Assembly (NCBI GenBank): GCA_039033755.1
Contig: JBCCBZ010000013.1
Location: forward strand, 9,044-73,043
Direction: 5' to 3'
DNA from: Pseudomonadota bacterium
GTDB taxonomy: Bacteria; Pseudomonadota; Alphaproteobacteria; Sphingomonadales; Sphingomonadaceae
DNA: 64,000 nucleotides
Every line of letters begins with the position of its first letter. The stretch's first letter is position 1. Below the pieces are notes generated by a model, which was not told where the DNA came from, did not search any database, and saw nothing but the letters and a program-made list of their open reading frames with translations. This document shows, piece by piece, positions 47,845 through 56,231 of the stretch. The position numbers and the translations under genes are program-made.

Positions 47845-48845
47845 CGCGCGCTGTCCCTGGCGAGGGTTTTCAGAGCTTTCATACGGATCTCTTCGCACAG
47901 CTCTTGCGCGGTTATGCCATGGATATTCGACCACTTTGGAGACGCTTTTCCTGCGATCACTTCCGCCAGATTGTCATAGGCGGCCGCCATTGCTTCGGGA
48001 TAGCGGCCGGGAGCGCTTTCGGGCGGGCTGAGCTGTCGGTAACCGGCAAAGACGCCGCTTGCCCCGACCCGCCGCGTTTCGATCCGCAGACCCCCGTCGC
48101 GGATCGCGATTTCGCCGCGCTCAAAGCTTAGGACGAGTTCGAACTGCGTGACCGCGCGGCAGTCGCCGCCCACCAAGTGGATCGCGGCGCCCGTGTTGTT
48201 CGCTGTCAGGATTGCATCGACGGTCGGATCATCGTCCCAATAATCACACAGAGCTGGGCCCACTGCGCACACTTCAAGCGGTCCGGCGAACATCATCGCC
48301 AAATCGACCATATGGCTGCCATTGTGGACGACGCCTTTGGAATAGGTGCCTACCGCGCTGAGCAGCCGTCCCCATTCTGAAGTCTCGCGGACCGAGGATA
48401 CCAGCGCGCACAGACCGGGTTGCCAGCGCCGCGTGTAGTTGATCGTTAACGGAACGCGCCGCGCAGCGGCCTTTTCGAACAGGCGGCGCGCCTCGCCAAG
48501 ACTATGCGCCAATGGCTTTTCGCAAAAGATCGCTTTGGGCCGCATCGCGAGCGCCCGCTCCAGATGTTCGGCGTGAAGCGGTGTGGGGGAGGCGATGACG
48601 ACCAGGTCATATTGGCCTGGCAGAGCCTCCATCGCCTCAAGCGAACCCGCCCCTTCAGGCACCCGCCAACGCTCCAAAAACGCCCCGCGCGCCGCCTGAT
48701 CGGGATCGACACAAGCGCTCAAAGTAAACCGAGCATCGCGCGCGATCGCGCCCGCGTGCGACAGCGGCCAATCGTCTGGCGAACTATCCGCGTCATACCC
48801 TCCGGCAATCGCGCCGCAGCCGATGATGAGGACCGAGTGCACCAT
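47841..48845 (-). CDS. Gfo/Idh/MocA family oxidoreductase
   Basis: IIGCGAIAG, SHAGA, CEKP, HNGSHMVD. Confidence 0.87.
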   Translation of the reverse strand: MVHSVLIIGCGAIAGGYDADSSPDDWPLSHAGAIARDARFTLSACVDPDQAARGAFLERWRVPEGAGSLEAMEALPGQYDLVVIASPTPLHAEHLERALAMRPKAIFCEKPLAHSLGEARRLFEKAAARRVPLTINYTRRWQPGLCALVSSVRETSEWGRLLSAVGTYSKGVVHNGSHMVDLAMMFAGPLEVCAVGPALCDYWDDDPTVDAILTANNTGAAIHLVGGDCRAVTQFELVLSFERGEIAIRDGGLRIETRRVGASGVFAGYRQLSPPESAPGRYPEAMAAAYDNLAEVIAGKASPKWSNIHGITAQELCEEIRMKALKTLARDSAR

Positions 48846-48852
48846 CGCGGTG

Positions 48853-49896
48853 TCAGCCGATCATATCCCAGCTCACCGGTGTCCCCATGGTCAGCGCGCG
48901 GTTGACGCGTTTGCCGACAAACGTGTCGTAATGCTGGGGCGCAAGGCCGAAACCGGGCCGGATGGAGCGCAGGTTTTGCGGCGTGAACGCTTCGCCGGCC
49001 TCCATGTCTCGCGCGACATAGAGTGAGCGGCGCAAGGCGCGCGATTCGTCCTCCGCGCGAGTCCCGCCATAGGTGACGCGGCCCAGCGCTTGCCAAGCGC
49101 GCTCCGTCTCTTCGCGCAACGCGCGCAATTCGTCGGGCTCCATGCTAAAGGCGCTGTCCACCCCGCCATCGGCGCGCGCGAGGGTGAAGTGCTTCTCCAC
49201 TATCACCGCGCCGAGCGCGACCGCCCCCACCGCCACGCCGGTGCCCATTGTGTGGTCGCTCAGGCCGACTTCGCAGCCAAACGTCGCGCGCATATTGGGG
49301 ATGGTGGCGATGTTCGTGTTTTCGGGAGTTGCGGGATAGGTGCTCGTGCATTTGAGCAGGCAGACCCGATTGTTCCCGGCCTCGCGCGCGACGCGCAGCG
49401 CCTCACCGATCTCCACCACGCTGGCCATGCCGGTTGAGATGATCATCGGCTTGCCGGTCTCGGCCACTTTGCGGATAAGCGTCAGATCCACGATTTCGAA
49501 ACTCGCGATCTTGTAGGCGGGCACGTCCAGCTCTTCGAGGAAATCGACCGCGCTCGCGTCAAAGGGTGACGAGAAGCAATCGAGCCCTAGCGATCGCGCA
49601 TGCTCCAGGATCGGCGCGTGCCACTCCCACGGCGTGTGCGCCTCGTCATAGAGATCGTAAAGACGTCGCCCGGTCCACAGCGATTTCTCATCCTCGATCA
49701 CGAAGCCCGGCGCGTCGCAATCGAGCGTAATGGTGTCAGCGGTGTAGGTCTGCAGCTTGATTGCGTCCGCCCCGTTTTCCGCCGCCGCGGTGACAATAGC
49801 CAGCGCGCGGTCGAGCGAATGGTTGTGGTTTCCGCTCATCTCCGCGATCAGATAGGGGCGCGCGTCGGGGCCAATACCGCGTCCGTTTATCTGCAT
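48853..49896 (-). CDS. pseI: Pseudaminic acid synthase
   Basis: IAEMSGNHN, KLQTYTADT, HTPWEWH, KIASFE, SDHTMG, EKHFTL, C-terminal SAF domain. Confidence 0.93.
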   Translation of the reverse strand: MQINGRGIGPDARPYLIAEMSGNHNHSLDRALAIVTAAAENGADAIKLQTYTADTITLDCDAPGFVIEDEKSLWTGRRLYDLYDEAHTPWEWHAPILEHARSLGLDCFSSPFDASAVDFLEELDVPAYKIASFEIVDLTLIRKVAETGKPMIISTGMASVVEIGEALRVAREAGNNRVCLLKCTSTYPATPENTNIATIPNMRATFGCEVGLSDHTMGTGVAVGAVALGAVIVEKHFTLARADGGVDSAFSMEPDELRALREETERAWQALGRVTYGGTRAEDESRALRRSLYVARDMEAGEAFTPQNLRSIRPGFGLAPQHYDTFVGKRVNRALTMGTPVSWDMIG

Positions 49897-49935
49897 GGCG
49901 AAGCCTTTTTGCTGCGAGCGAATGGTGCGATGAAT

Positions 49936-51510
49936 CTACCGGCCCGGTGTAGCGGCGAGGCAGCGCGATGGGGCTGGGGATGCGTCCGATCTGGCGGTTT
50001 CTCGGTGCTTCTCCCACCGGGTAGGCTCGGTCTGACGGTAGCCGGCTTTAGCAAAGAGCCGTTGCGAGGCGGCGTTTCCCTCCATGATGCACGCTTCGAC
50101 AACGGCGGGATCGGCGGCTTCCTCTCCTGCGTGAAGAAGGGCTGGACCAATACTAAGACCGCGCAAGTCGGGATCGCAATAAAGCGAGACCTCTGCGCGG
50201 TTCAGCGGTGGTCGCGAGGCTTCAAAGTCAAAGCGGATCACGCCGACCGAGCGCTGGCCTATCTCCCCGACGAACAACGCGCGGTTGGGATCGCGCAGCG
50301 CCTGCTTAAGCCACGCTAGGTGCTCTTCCCAGCTGAGCGGCTCGTTTTGGATCGAGACAGCACGCGTCGCGGGGTCGTTGCGCCAGTCAAACATAAACCG
50401 CGCGTCTCCTCGGCGGGCAGGGCGCACGCGAAGGGTTCGGGCCGCTAGGGCCAACGCCACTCGCTCCGCGCCCCGTCCATCCACCAGCGCCCGTGCATTG
50501 GCCGCGAGCGAGCGGCGCTTCCCGGTGTCCTCGAGCAAGCGAGACAACGCCTCGGCCATCGCCGTCGTCGTGGGCTCTTCCGCCAGCGTGGCCACACCTT
50601 TTGCCGACAGCGCTTCGGCGAAGGGCTTTTGATTATCGGCCACCACAACCAGCAGCGTGGGCACACCGATACAGCACCGCTCCCAACTGGCTCCGCCGCC
50701 CGCACCAATCTGCACGTCGTGCCGAGCGAAGAAATCGGCAAGGTCGGGCCGATCAAGGCTGAGCTTTGAGTTGGGCCGCGCCAAGACAGCTTGGCGCAGC
50801 GTTGCCAGTTTTGGATTCGCGCTGGTCGAGACGACTTCGACCGGGCCTTTGAAGCCGGCCGCCTCGATAGCTTGCAACGCCGTGAGCGAATGCCCACCCG
50901 CGTCGACGCCTCCCATAAACACCCCGATCGAGCGCACCGCGTCGCTCAACGCATATCGCTCTGCGCGCGCGTAAGCCGGGCTGAGCAAGCCGAAGCGTGG
51001 TCCGCCCAGGACCCTGGTGCCCGCAGTGTCTATCACATCCCGGTACTTCTGACGGTGGTCGGAGGCTTCGGTGTGATCGATCACACGATTGCAATCCAGC
51101 GTGCGGTCCGCAAGATCGTCAATCGCCGCAATCGCGCAGCCAAGGCCCCGCGCCACGTCGCGATGCCAGCGCGCATCAAAGGCGTAGCTGTCCATCACCA
51201 CCCAATCGGGCGACCAGCGCCGCGCGACCATCACCGTCTCGGCGGCGTCTTGATCCTGCGGCACCTCACCCCACTCGCTGTTCGGGATTGTGGGGTCCGG
51301 GGTGAAGGCGCCGCTGACGGGTGCGGGCAGGGTGGCAATCACGCGAAAGCCCTCGCTTTCCACAACGCCTTTGCTGTCCAGCCCCAGAGCGCGAGTGACA
51401 AACGCCACGTCCTGCCCCTGTGCGCGCAAGGCGTGGGCCAGCGCCAGAGAACGGCAGATATGGCCGGTTCCCATCTTTTGCGACGCGTCGACGCGGAAAA
51501 GCACCTTCAT
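49936..51510 (-). CDS. pseG: PseG hydrolase fused to a C-terminal PseH-like GNAT acetyltransferase
   Basis: RVDASQKMGTGHICR, IDDLADR, GAGGGASWERC..GVP, followed by WRNDPATR..WEEHLAW..GVIRFD. Confidence 0.9.
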   Translation of the reverse strand: MKVLFRVDASQKMGTGHICRSLALAHALRAQGQDVAFVTRALGLDSKGVVESEGFRVIATLPAPVSGAFTPDPTIPNSEWGEVPQDQDAAETVMVARRWSPDWVVMDSYAFDARWHRDVARGLGCAIAAIDDLADRTLDCNRVIDHTEASDHRQKYRDVIDTAGTRVLGGPRFGLLSPAYARAERYALSDAVRSIGVFMGGVDAGGHSLTALQAIEAAGFKGPVEVVSTSANPKLATLRQAVLARPNSKLSLDRPDLADFFARHDVQIGAGGGASWERCCIGVPTLLVVVADNQKPFAEALSAKGVATLAEEPTTTAMAEALSRLLEDTGKRRSLAANARALVDGRGAERVALALAARTLRVRPARRGDARFMFDWRNDPATRAVSIQNEPLSWEEHLAWLKQALRDPNRALFVGEIGQRSVGVIRFDFEASRPPLNRAEVSLYCDPDLRGLSIGPALLHAGEEAADPAVVEACIMEGNAASQRLFAKAGYRQTEPTRWEKHRETARSDASPAPSRCLAATPGR

Positions 51511-51516
51511 CGCCCT

Positions 51517-52236
51517 TTACCCGCTGCGCTGCATGAGGGCGGCGTGCATCCTTTCGGCGCGCTCCCAGTCGTCGAGCGTGTCGATATCCACGACCCGCCA
51601 GCTTGGCAGTTTGATCGCATGGCCATTCTGGTGAATGTTTGCGCCCGATAGCCACGTGTCAGCGCTCGCCCAGTAAAACTGTCCCGCATCGTAGAAGGCT
51701 GGCTCCAGGTCCTGCGTCCGGGTGGCGGCGTGTTTGGGAGCGAAGGGCGCGACGGCGCCGTTATGGCCACGCTTGAGCGCGCGTTGGATAGCGCTAGGAA
51801 ACTCGGCAATGGGGAAAGCGTAGCCGCGATCTGCATGCGCCATGAGCCATTCCAGCGCCCGCGAAAGGTCTTCAACCTCGATAAAGGGGACGCCCGGATA
51901 GAGGCACACCGCGCGCTCCACTCGCCAGCCCGCTTTGCGCGCGGCGGTGATCGCGTGCTGGACCACTGGCACGGTGGGGGTGTAGTCGTCCGCCAGTTCC
52001 GGCGGGCGCGCAAAAGGCACTTCCGCCCCCAGATCGCGCGCAATATCGGCGATGGCCGGATCATCGGTGGTGACCAAGACCCGCTCGATCACCGGAGAGC
52101 GAAGGGCTGCCTCGATGGCGTAGCCGATCATCGGCCGACCCGCGAAGCTGCGAATGTTCTTGCGCGGTATCCGCTTGGACCCACCGCGCGCGGGAATGAC
52201 CGCTATGTTGCCTTCGCTGGAGAGATCGGTCTTCAT
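51517..52236 (-). CDS. pseF: Pseudaminic acid cytidylyltransferase
   Basis: IPARGGSKRIPRKNI, RPPELADDYTPT, RTQDLE..DAGQFYW, DIDT..DW. Confidence 0.93.
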   Translation of the reverse strand: MKTDLSSEGNIAVIPARGGSKRIPRKNIRSFAGRPMIGYAIEAALRSPVIERVLVTTDDPAIADIARDLGAEVPFARPPELADDYTPTVPVVQHAITAARKAGWRVERAVCLYPGVPFIEVEDLSRALEWLMAHADRGYAFPIAEFPSAIQRALKRGHNGAVAPFAPKHAATRTQDLEPAFYDAGQFYWASADTWLSGANIHQNGHAIKLPSWRVVDIDTLDDWERAERMHAALMQRSG

Positions 52237-52237
52237 C

Positions 52238-53401
52238 TCACGCCGCCAGCCGGGTCAGCGTTTCGACCACACGATCCTGTTGCGCTTCGGTCATCGCCGG
52301 GAAAAGCGGGAGTGAAAGCGCGCGTTCGTAATAGGCAATCGCATTGGGAAAATCGCCGCGCCGGAACCCGCGCTGTTCGTAGAAAGGCTGCGTGTGGATC
52401 GGAATGTAATGCACATTCACACCAATCCCGGCCTCGCGCATCCCGGCAAAGACTTCCGCGCGGCTGGCGGCGGCGTCCGGCGTCAGCTCCACCGCATAGA
52501 GGTGCCAGGCGCTCTGACGATCATTCGCGCGCGCGGGTCGGTGGAACGGTCCATAGGCCAGCAACGTGTCGTACCGGCCCGCGTGTCGCTCGCGCGCTTC
52601 GCGCCAAAGATCGAGCCGCTCCAACTGCGAAAGTCCCAGCGCGGATTGCAGATCGGTGAGCCGGTAGTTCCAGCCCAGATCGACCATTTCGTAGCCCCAC
52701 GCGCCTTCGGAAGCGCGCTGCATCATCGTGGGATCGCGCGTCACGCCGTGCGATCGCAATAGGCGCAGCTTTTCGGCCAGAGCCTCGTCCTGTGTCACCA
52801 CCATGCCACCTTCGGCTGTGGTGACGATCTTGACCGCGTGGAAACTGAAGACGGTGATATCGGCGAAGGCGGAACCTATGGGCCGCCCCTGATATAACGC
52901 GCCCGTCGCGTGGCTCGCGTCTTCGAGGATCGCAAAACCGTATTGGTCGGCGAGCGCGCGCATTTGCGCCAAATCGCAAGGGAGCCCGGCAAAATCGACC
53001 GGGATCACCACGTCTGGCAGCGCGCCCATTTTGTCCGCCGCCTCAAGCTTGGAGGCAAGCGTCTCAGCGCTCATATTGCGGGTGATGGGATCAATATCGA
53101 CGAAGTCGACCGTCCCGCCGCAGAACAGCGCGCAATTGGCGCTGGAGACAAAGCTGTTGGGGCTGGTCCAAACAAGGCTGCCCGGTCCCACGCCCAAGGC
53201 CAGACACCCCAAGTGAAGGCCAGCGGTGGCGTTGGTGACGCCCACCGCGTGCGCGACCTGATGGCGCGCGGCGAAGGCCTTTTCGAATTCGGCGCCCTTG
53301 GGCCCCTGCGTCAGGAAATCGGAGCGCAGCAGATCAGTGACGGCTGCGATATCGGCCTCGCTGATCTCTTGGCGCGAATAGGGGATGACGGGCTCGACCA
53401 C
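52238..53401 (-). CDS. pseC: UDP-4-amino-4,6-dideoxy-N-acetyl-beta-L-altrosamine transaminase
   Basis: IPYSRQEI, FLTQGP, NATAGLH, SFHAVKIVTTAEGG, LGWNYRLTD. Confidence 0.93.
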   Translation of the reverse strand: MVEPVIPYSRQEISEADIAAVTDLLRSDFLTQGPKGAEFEKAFAARHQVAHAVGVTNATAGLHLGCLALGVGPGSLVWTSPNSFVSSANCALFCGGTVDFVDIDPITRNMSAETLASKLEAADKMGALPDVVIPVDFAGLPCDLAQMRALADQYGFAILEDASHATGALYQGRPIGSAFADITVFSFHAVKIVTTAEGGMVVTQDEALAEKLRLLRSHGVTRDPTMMQRASEGAWGYEMVDLGWNYRLTDLQSALGLSQLERLDLWREARERHAGRYDTLLAYGPFHRPARANDRQSAWHLYAVELTPDAAASRAEVFAGMREAGIGVNVHYIPIHTQPFYEQRGFRRGDFPNAIAYYERALSLPLFPAMTEAQQDRVVETLTRLAA

Positions 53402-53412
53402 GCGCGTTCGCC

Positions 53413-54423
53413 CTATTCCGCCGCCTCGCGGGTTTCGTGCCCGTAGATGAGGTCTTGCAACTGCTCGACGGTCAGGAAATCGGGGTTCGTCCCCGAATTG
53501 TAGGCAAAGCCCGGCTCAACCCGGTGTCCGCCATGCGCGCGGCAATACTCCTCGACCGAATAATCCCCGCTCACCGGCAAGATCGCGAAATAGTCCCCCA
53601 TATCGACCGTGTTGAAGCTGTCGGAGGCGGTGATCATCTCTTCGTGGATTTTCTCACCGGGGCGAATGCCGATGACCTTCTGCTTGGCCTCGGGCGCGAT
53701 GGCTGTGGCGACATCGCCGATTCGGTAGGAGGGGATTTTGGGCACCAGAACCTCGCCCCCGCTCGCTTGCTCGATGGACCACAGCACCATCTCCACGCCT
53801 TCTTGAAGCGAGATGTTGAACCGTGTCATGCGCGGATCGGTGATCGGCAGGACGCCCTCGCCGCGTTTGCCCATAAAGAACGGGATGACCGACCCGCGCG
53901 AGCCCATCACATTGCCATACCGCACCACCGAAAATCGCATATCGCGCGCGCCTTTGACGTTGTTGGCTGCGACGAAGAGTTTGTCCGAACACAGCTTGGT
54001 CGCGCCGTATAGATTGATCGGAGCGGCGGCCTTGTCGGTCGAAAGCGCCACCACGCGCGACACCTCGCTGTCGAGGCACGCCTCAATCAGGTTTTGCGCG
54101 CCCAAGACATTGGTTTTGATGCATTCGAACGGGTTGTATTCCGCCGCCGGCACTTGTTTGAGCGCGGCGGCGTGGACGACGACGTCGATCCGCTCAAGCG
54201 CGCGGCGCAGGCGGGCTTCGTCGCGCACATCGCCCAGGAAGTACCGCAAAGCCGGATAGTCGCGGCGGGAGAATTGCTGCTGCATTTCAAACTGTTTGAG
54301 CTCATCGCGCGAGTAGATCACCAATCGGCGGATATCGGGATAGCGATCCAGAATCGTGCGCACGAAGGCTTTGCCAAAAGAGCCCGTTCCGCCGGTGATA
54401 AGCACAGATTTGCCGTTCAGCAT
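53413..54423 (-). CDS. pseB: UDP-N-acetylglucosamine 4,6-dehydratase (inverting)
   Basis: TGGTGSFG, SRDELKQ, KQVPAAEYNP, LSTDKAAAPINLYGATK, RYGNVMGSRGSV. Start set at ATG 54423. Confidence 0.95.
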   Translation of the reverse strand: MLNGKSVLITGGTGSFGKAFVRTILDRYPDIRRLVIYSRDELKQFEMQQQFSRRDYPALRYFLGDVRDEARLRRALERIDVVVHAAALKQVPAAEYNPFECIKTNVLGAQNLIEACLDSEVSRVVALSTDKAAAPINLYGATKLCSDKLFVAANNVKGARDMRFSVVRYGNVMGSRGSVIPFFMGKRGEGVLPITDPRMTRFNISLQEGVEMVLWSIEQASGGEVLVPKIPSYRIGDVATAIAPEAKQKVIGIRPGEKIHEEMITASDSFNTVDMGDYFAILPVSGDYSVEEYCRAHGGHRVEPGFAYNSGTNPDFLTVEQLQDLIYGHETREAAE

Positions 54424-54577
54424 CGTTGCATTCTCGCTTGTTCGAAGCCGAACGCAAAAAGCCGTTCGACGCATAGAACGTACAGCGTGAAAGTGGTGGC
54501 ACAACCGGGCGGGCACAGTGTTGCCTCCATAGTGGATCGAGTTGTCGACCTCCATTCTGGATGCAGTCTTTGATGGC

Positions 54578-54607
54578 GCATAGCCTGCTTTTTATTTTTA
54601 ATTTCAA
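54578..54607 (-). promoter_or_regulatory. Candidate sigma70 promoter of the pse/capsule operon
   Basis: Minus strand TTGAAA-N17 (almost all A/T)-GCTATGC, in a conspicuously AT-rich patch about 155 nt upstream of pseB. Confidence 0.45.
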
Positions 54608-54652
54608 CGAGTTGTTTGCCGTCTCTTCGGATTTTGATTCTTTGCCTCCAAT

Positions 54653-56062
54653 ATGGACGTCGGGCGCCTTGTCGCTCTGGCAGTCCTCGGGCACCCAAGG
54701 CCCCAGGCGGAGATTTTGGGCGCGTTAACTGCGCCGGAGGTCGTGCCAAAAAGAGGTGCCGTTCGAGTGTTTGTCGAGCCTGTAGAAAGAGACGTGACTG
54801 CGCGCCGCTCCCGCGATCCGATCATCTCACTGGTGCGATACAGCGCGTCTTGGGCGGTGGTGGTGCTAGCGCCGATGATCGCGTTCTGGATGGGCGGGCG
54901 CGAAGATCCGTTGGCCGATCCGACTTTGGTCGCGACGATGGTAGCGGCAAGCTCAGCTCTGTTCGCAGGGCTGTTTCTGGCGGGCCGGGTCCTTGATCTG
55001 CCCGGTACACGCGGCACCGTCCACGGCGTGCCGATCATGCTGATGTGCTTTGGCCTCGCGGCGCTGGTCCTGTTTGTTTTCCGCATCGAATACAGTCGGC
55101 TGCTGCTGTCCTACTCCGCGACCACCGCCACGCTGATCGCGACGCAATTGCGCTGGAGTAAGCGCAGCGCGGCGCGCCCGCCCTTCTACGTTGTGCCGTT
55201 TGGCCAAGTGCATGAGATGGAGGAAGCCCTGGGCTTTCCTCTGCGTCGTCTCAAGCGGCCCGACATTCCCGCCGACCGCGCGACCAATATTATCGCTGAT
55301 TTCCGCGCGGACCTGCCGCCCGAATGGGAGCGCCTGCTGGCCCGGGCGAGCCTCGCCGGGGTGCCGGTCTATCACTACAAGCAATTGACCGAGAGTATGA
55401 CGGGGCAGGTCAAGATTGAGAGCCTGTCGGAAAACTCGCTCGGATCGCTGATGCCCAATCGGTCTTACACGCCGGTCAAGCGCTTGATCGATGTCTTTGG
55501 GAGCTTGGCACTGATTCTTGCCTTGCTGCCCGCGATGGCGGTTGTGGCGCTTTTCATCTGGGCCGAGGATCGCGATTCGCCCTTCTTCATCCAGACCCGC
55601 ACTGGGCTGGGTGGGCGGCCGTTTCGAATGTACAAGTTTCGCTCGATGACGAACCGCGTGCTGACCTCTTATGAAGAGGCGCGCGCGGACGCGGTGACGC
55701 AGGCGGATGACGCGCGCATCACGCGGTTTGGCGCGTTCATTCGCAAATATCGGATCGATGAATTGCCGCAGCTTTTCAACGTGCTGAAAGGCGAGATGAG
55801 CCTGATTGGCCCCCGCCCTGAGGCCAACGCGCTCGCCGATTGGTACGACGACAATCTCGCCTTCTATTCCTACCGCAACATCCTGCGCCCCGGTCTCACC
55901 GGCTGGGCGCAAGTGAGCCAGGGGCACGTGGCGACGATCGAAGACATCGATGTGAAGCTCCAATACGACTTCTACTACATCAAGTACTTCTCGTTCTGGC
56001 TCGACGTTCTGATCGTGATGCGCACGATCCACACCATCGCGACGGGCTTTGGATCGAAGTAA
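54653..56062 (+). CDS. Priming polyprenyl-phosphate glycosylphosphotransferase (sugar transferase)
   Basis: N-terminal TMs, KRLIDV, MYKFRSM, RIDELPQL, GPRPE, RPGLTGWAQ, YDFYYI. Start uncertain. Confidence 0.92.
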   Translation: MDVGRLVALAVLGHPRPQAEILGALTAPEVVPKRGAVRVFVEPVERDVTARRSRDPIISLVRYSASWAVVVLAPMIAFWMGGREDPLADPTLVATMVAASSALFAGLFLAGRVLDLPGTRGTVHGVPIMLMCFGLAALVLFVFRIEYSRLLLSYSATTATLIATQLRWSKRSAARPPFYVVPFGQVHEMEEALGFPLRRLKRPDIPADRATNIIADFRADLPPEWERLLARASLAGVPVYHYKQLTESMTGQVKIESLSENSLGSLMPNRSYTPVKRLIDVFGSLALILALLPAMAVVALFIWAEDRDSPFFIQTRTGLGGRPFRMYKFRSMTNRVLTSYEEARADAVTQADDARITRFGAFIRKYRIDELPQLFNVLKGEMSLIGPRPEANALADWYDDNLAFYSYRNILRPGLTGWAQVSQGHVATIEDIDVKLQYDFYYIKYFSFWLDVLIVMRTIHTIATGFGSK

Positions 56063-56140
56063 ATTGTACGGCCTTGTGAGAAGCGCTGGAAACGGCCCTA
56101 AAGGGGTTGCAAGCGCGGAAGCGAAGTCGAAGACGCAGCT

Positions 56141-56212
56141 GGCCAAAGGCCGCCTGCAAGCGCGTCGGCCGGTCAGGCCGCCCCCTCGGAGGCATTGGCG
56201 AAGCTAATTGCC
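56141..56212. repeat. Diverged relative of the 18.5-kb palindromic element
   Basis: GGCCAAAGGCCGCCTGCA versus GGCCAAGGGCCGCCCGCA (18744-18761), 16/18 identical, then gcgSgtcSgc..cggagg and further hairpins. Confidence 0.45.
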
Positions 56213-56231
56213 GTGAGAGAAAACAAACCCT

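Noticed and set aside
48853-54423. pse genes as a flagellin glycosylation island
   Set aside because: No flagellin or Maf/FlmG gene in the window; the genes are co-oriented with wzx, wzy and a KpsS-like gene. Shared use for flagellin elsewhere is not excluded.
54424-54555. 44-aa N-terminal extension of PseB from the ORF track (similar over-extensions for rlmH, wza, GNAT, DegT, pdxH, epimerase)
   Set aside because: Family-typical N-termini, RBSs and stop/start overlaps support the downstream starts used here.
23916-56062. Recent horizontal acquisition of the polysaccharide locus
   Set aside because: No integrase, tRNA, transposase or flanking direct repeats, and by eye no strong GC drop in the coding regions; a computed GC/codon profile would be needed.
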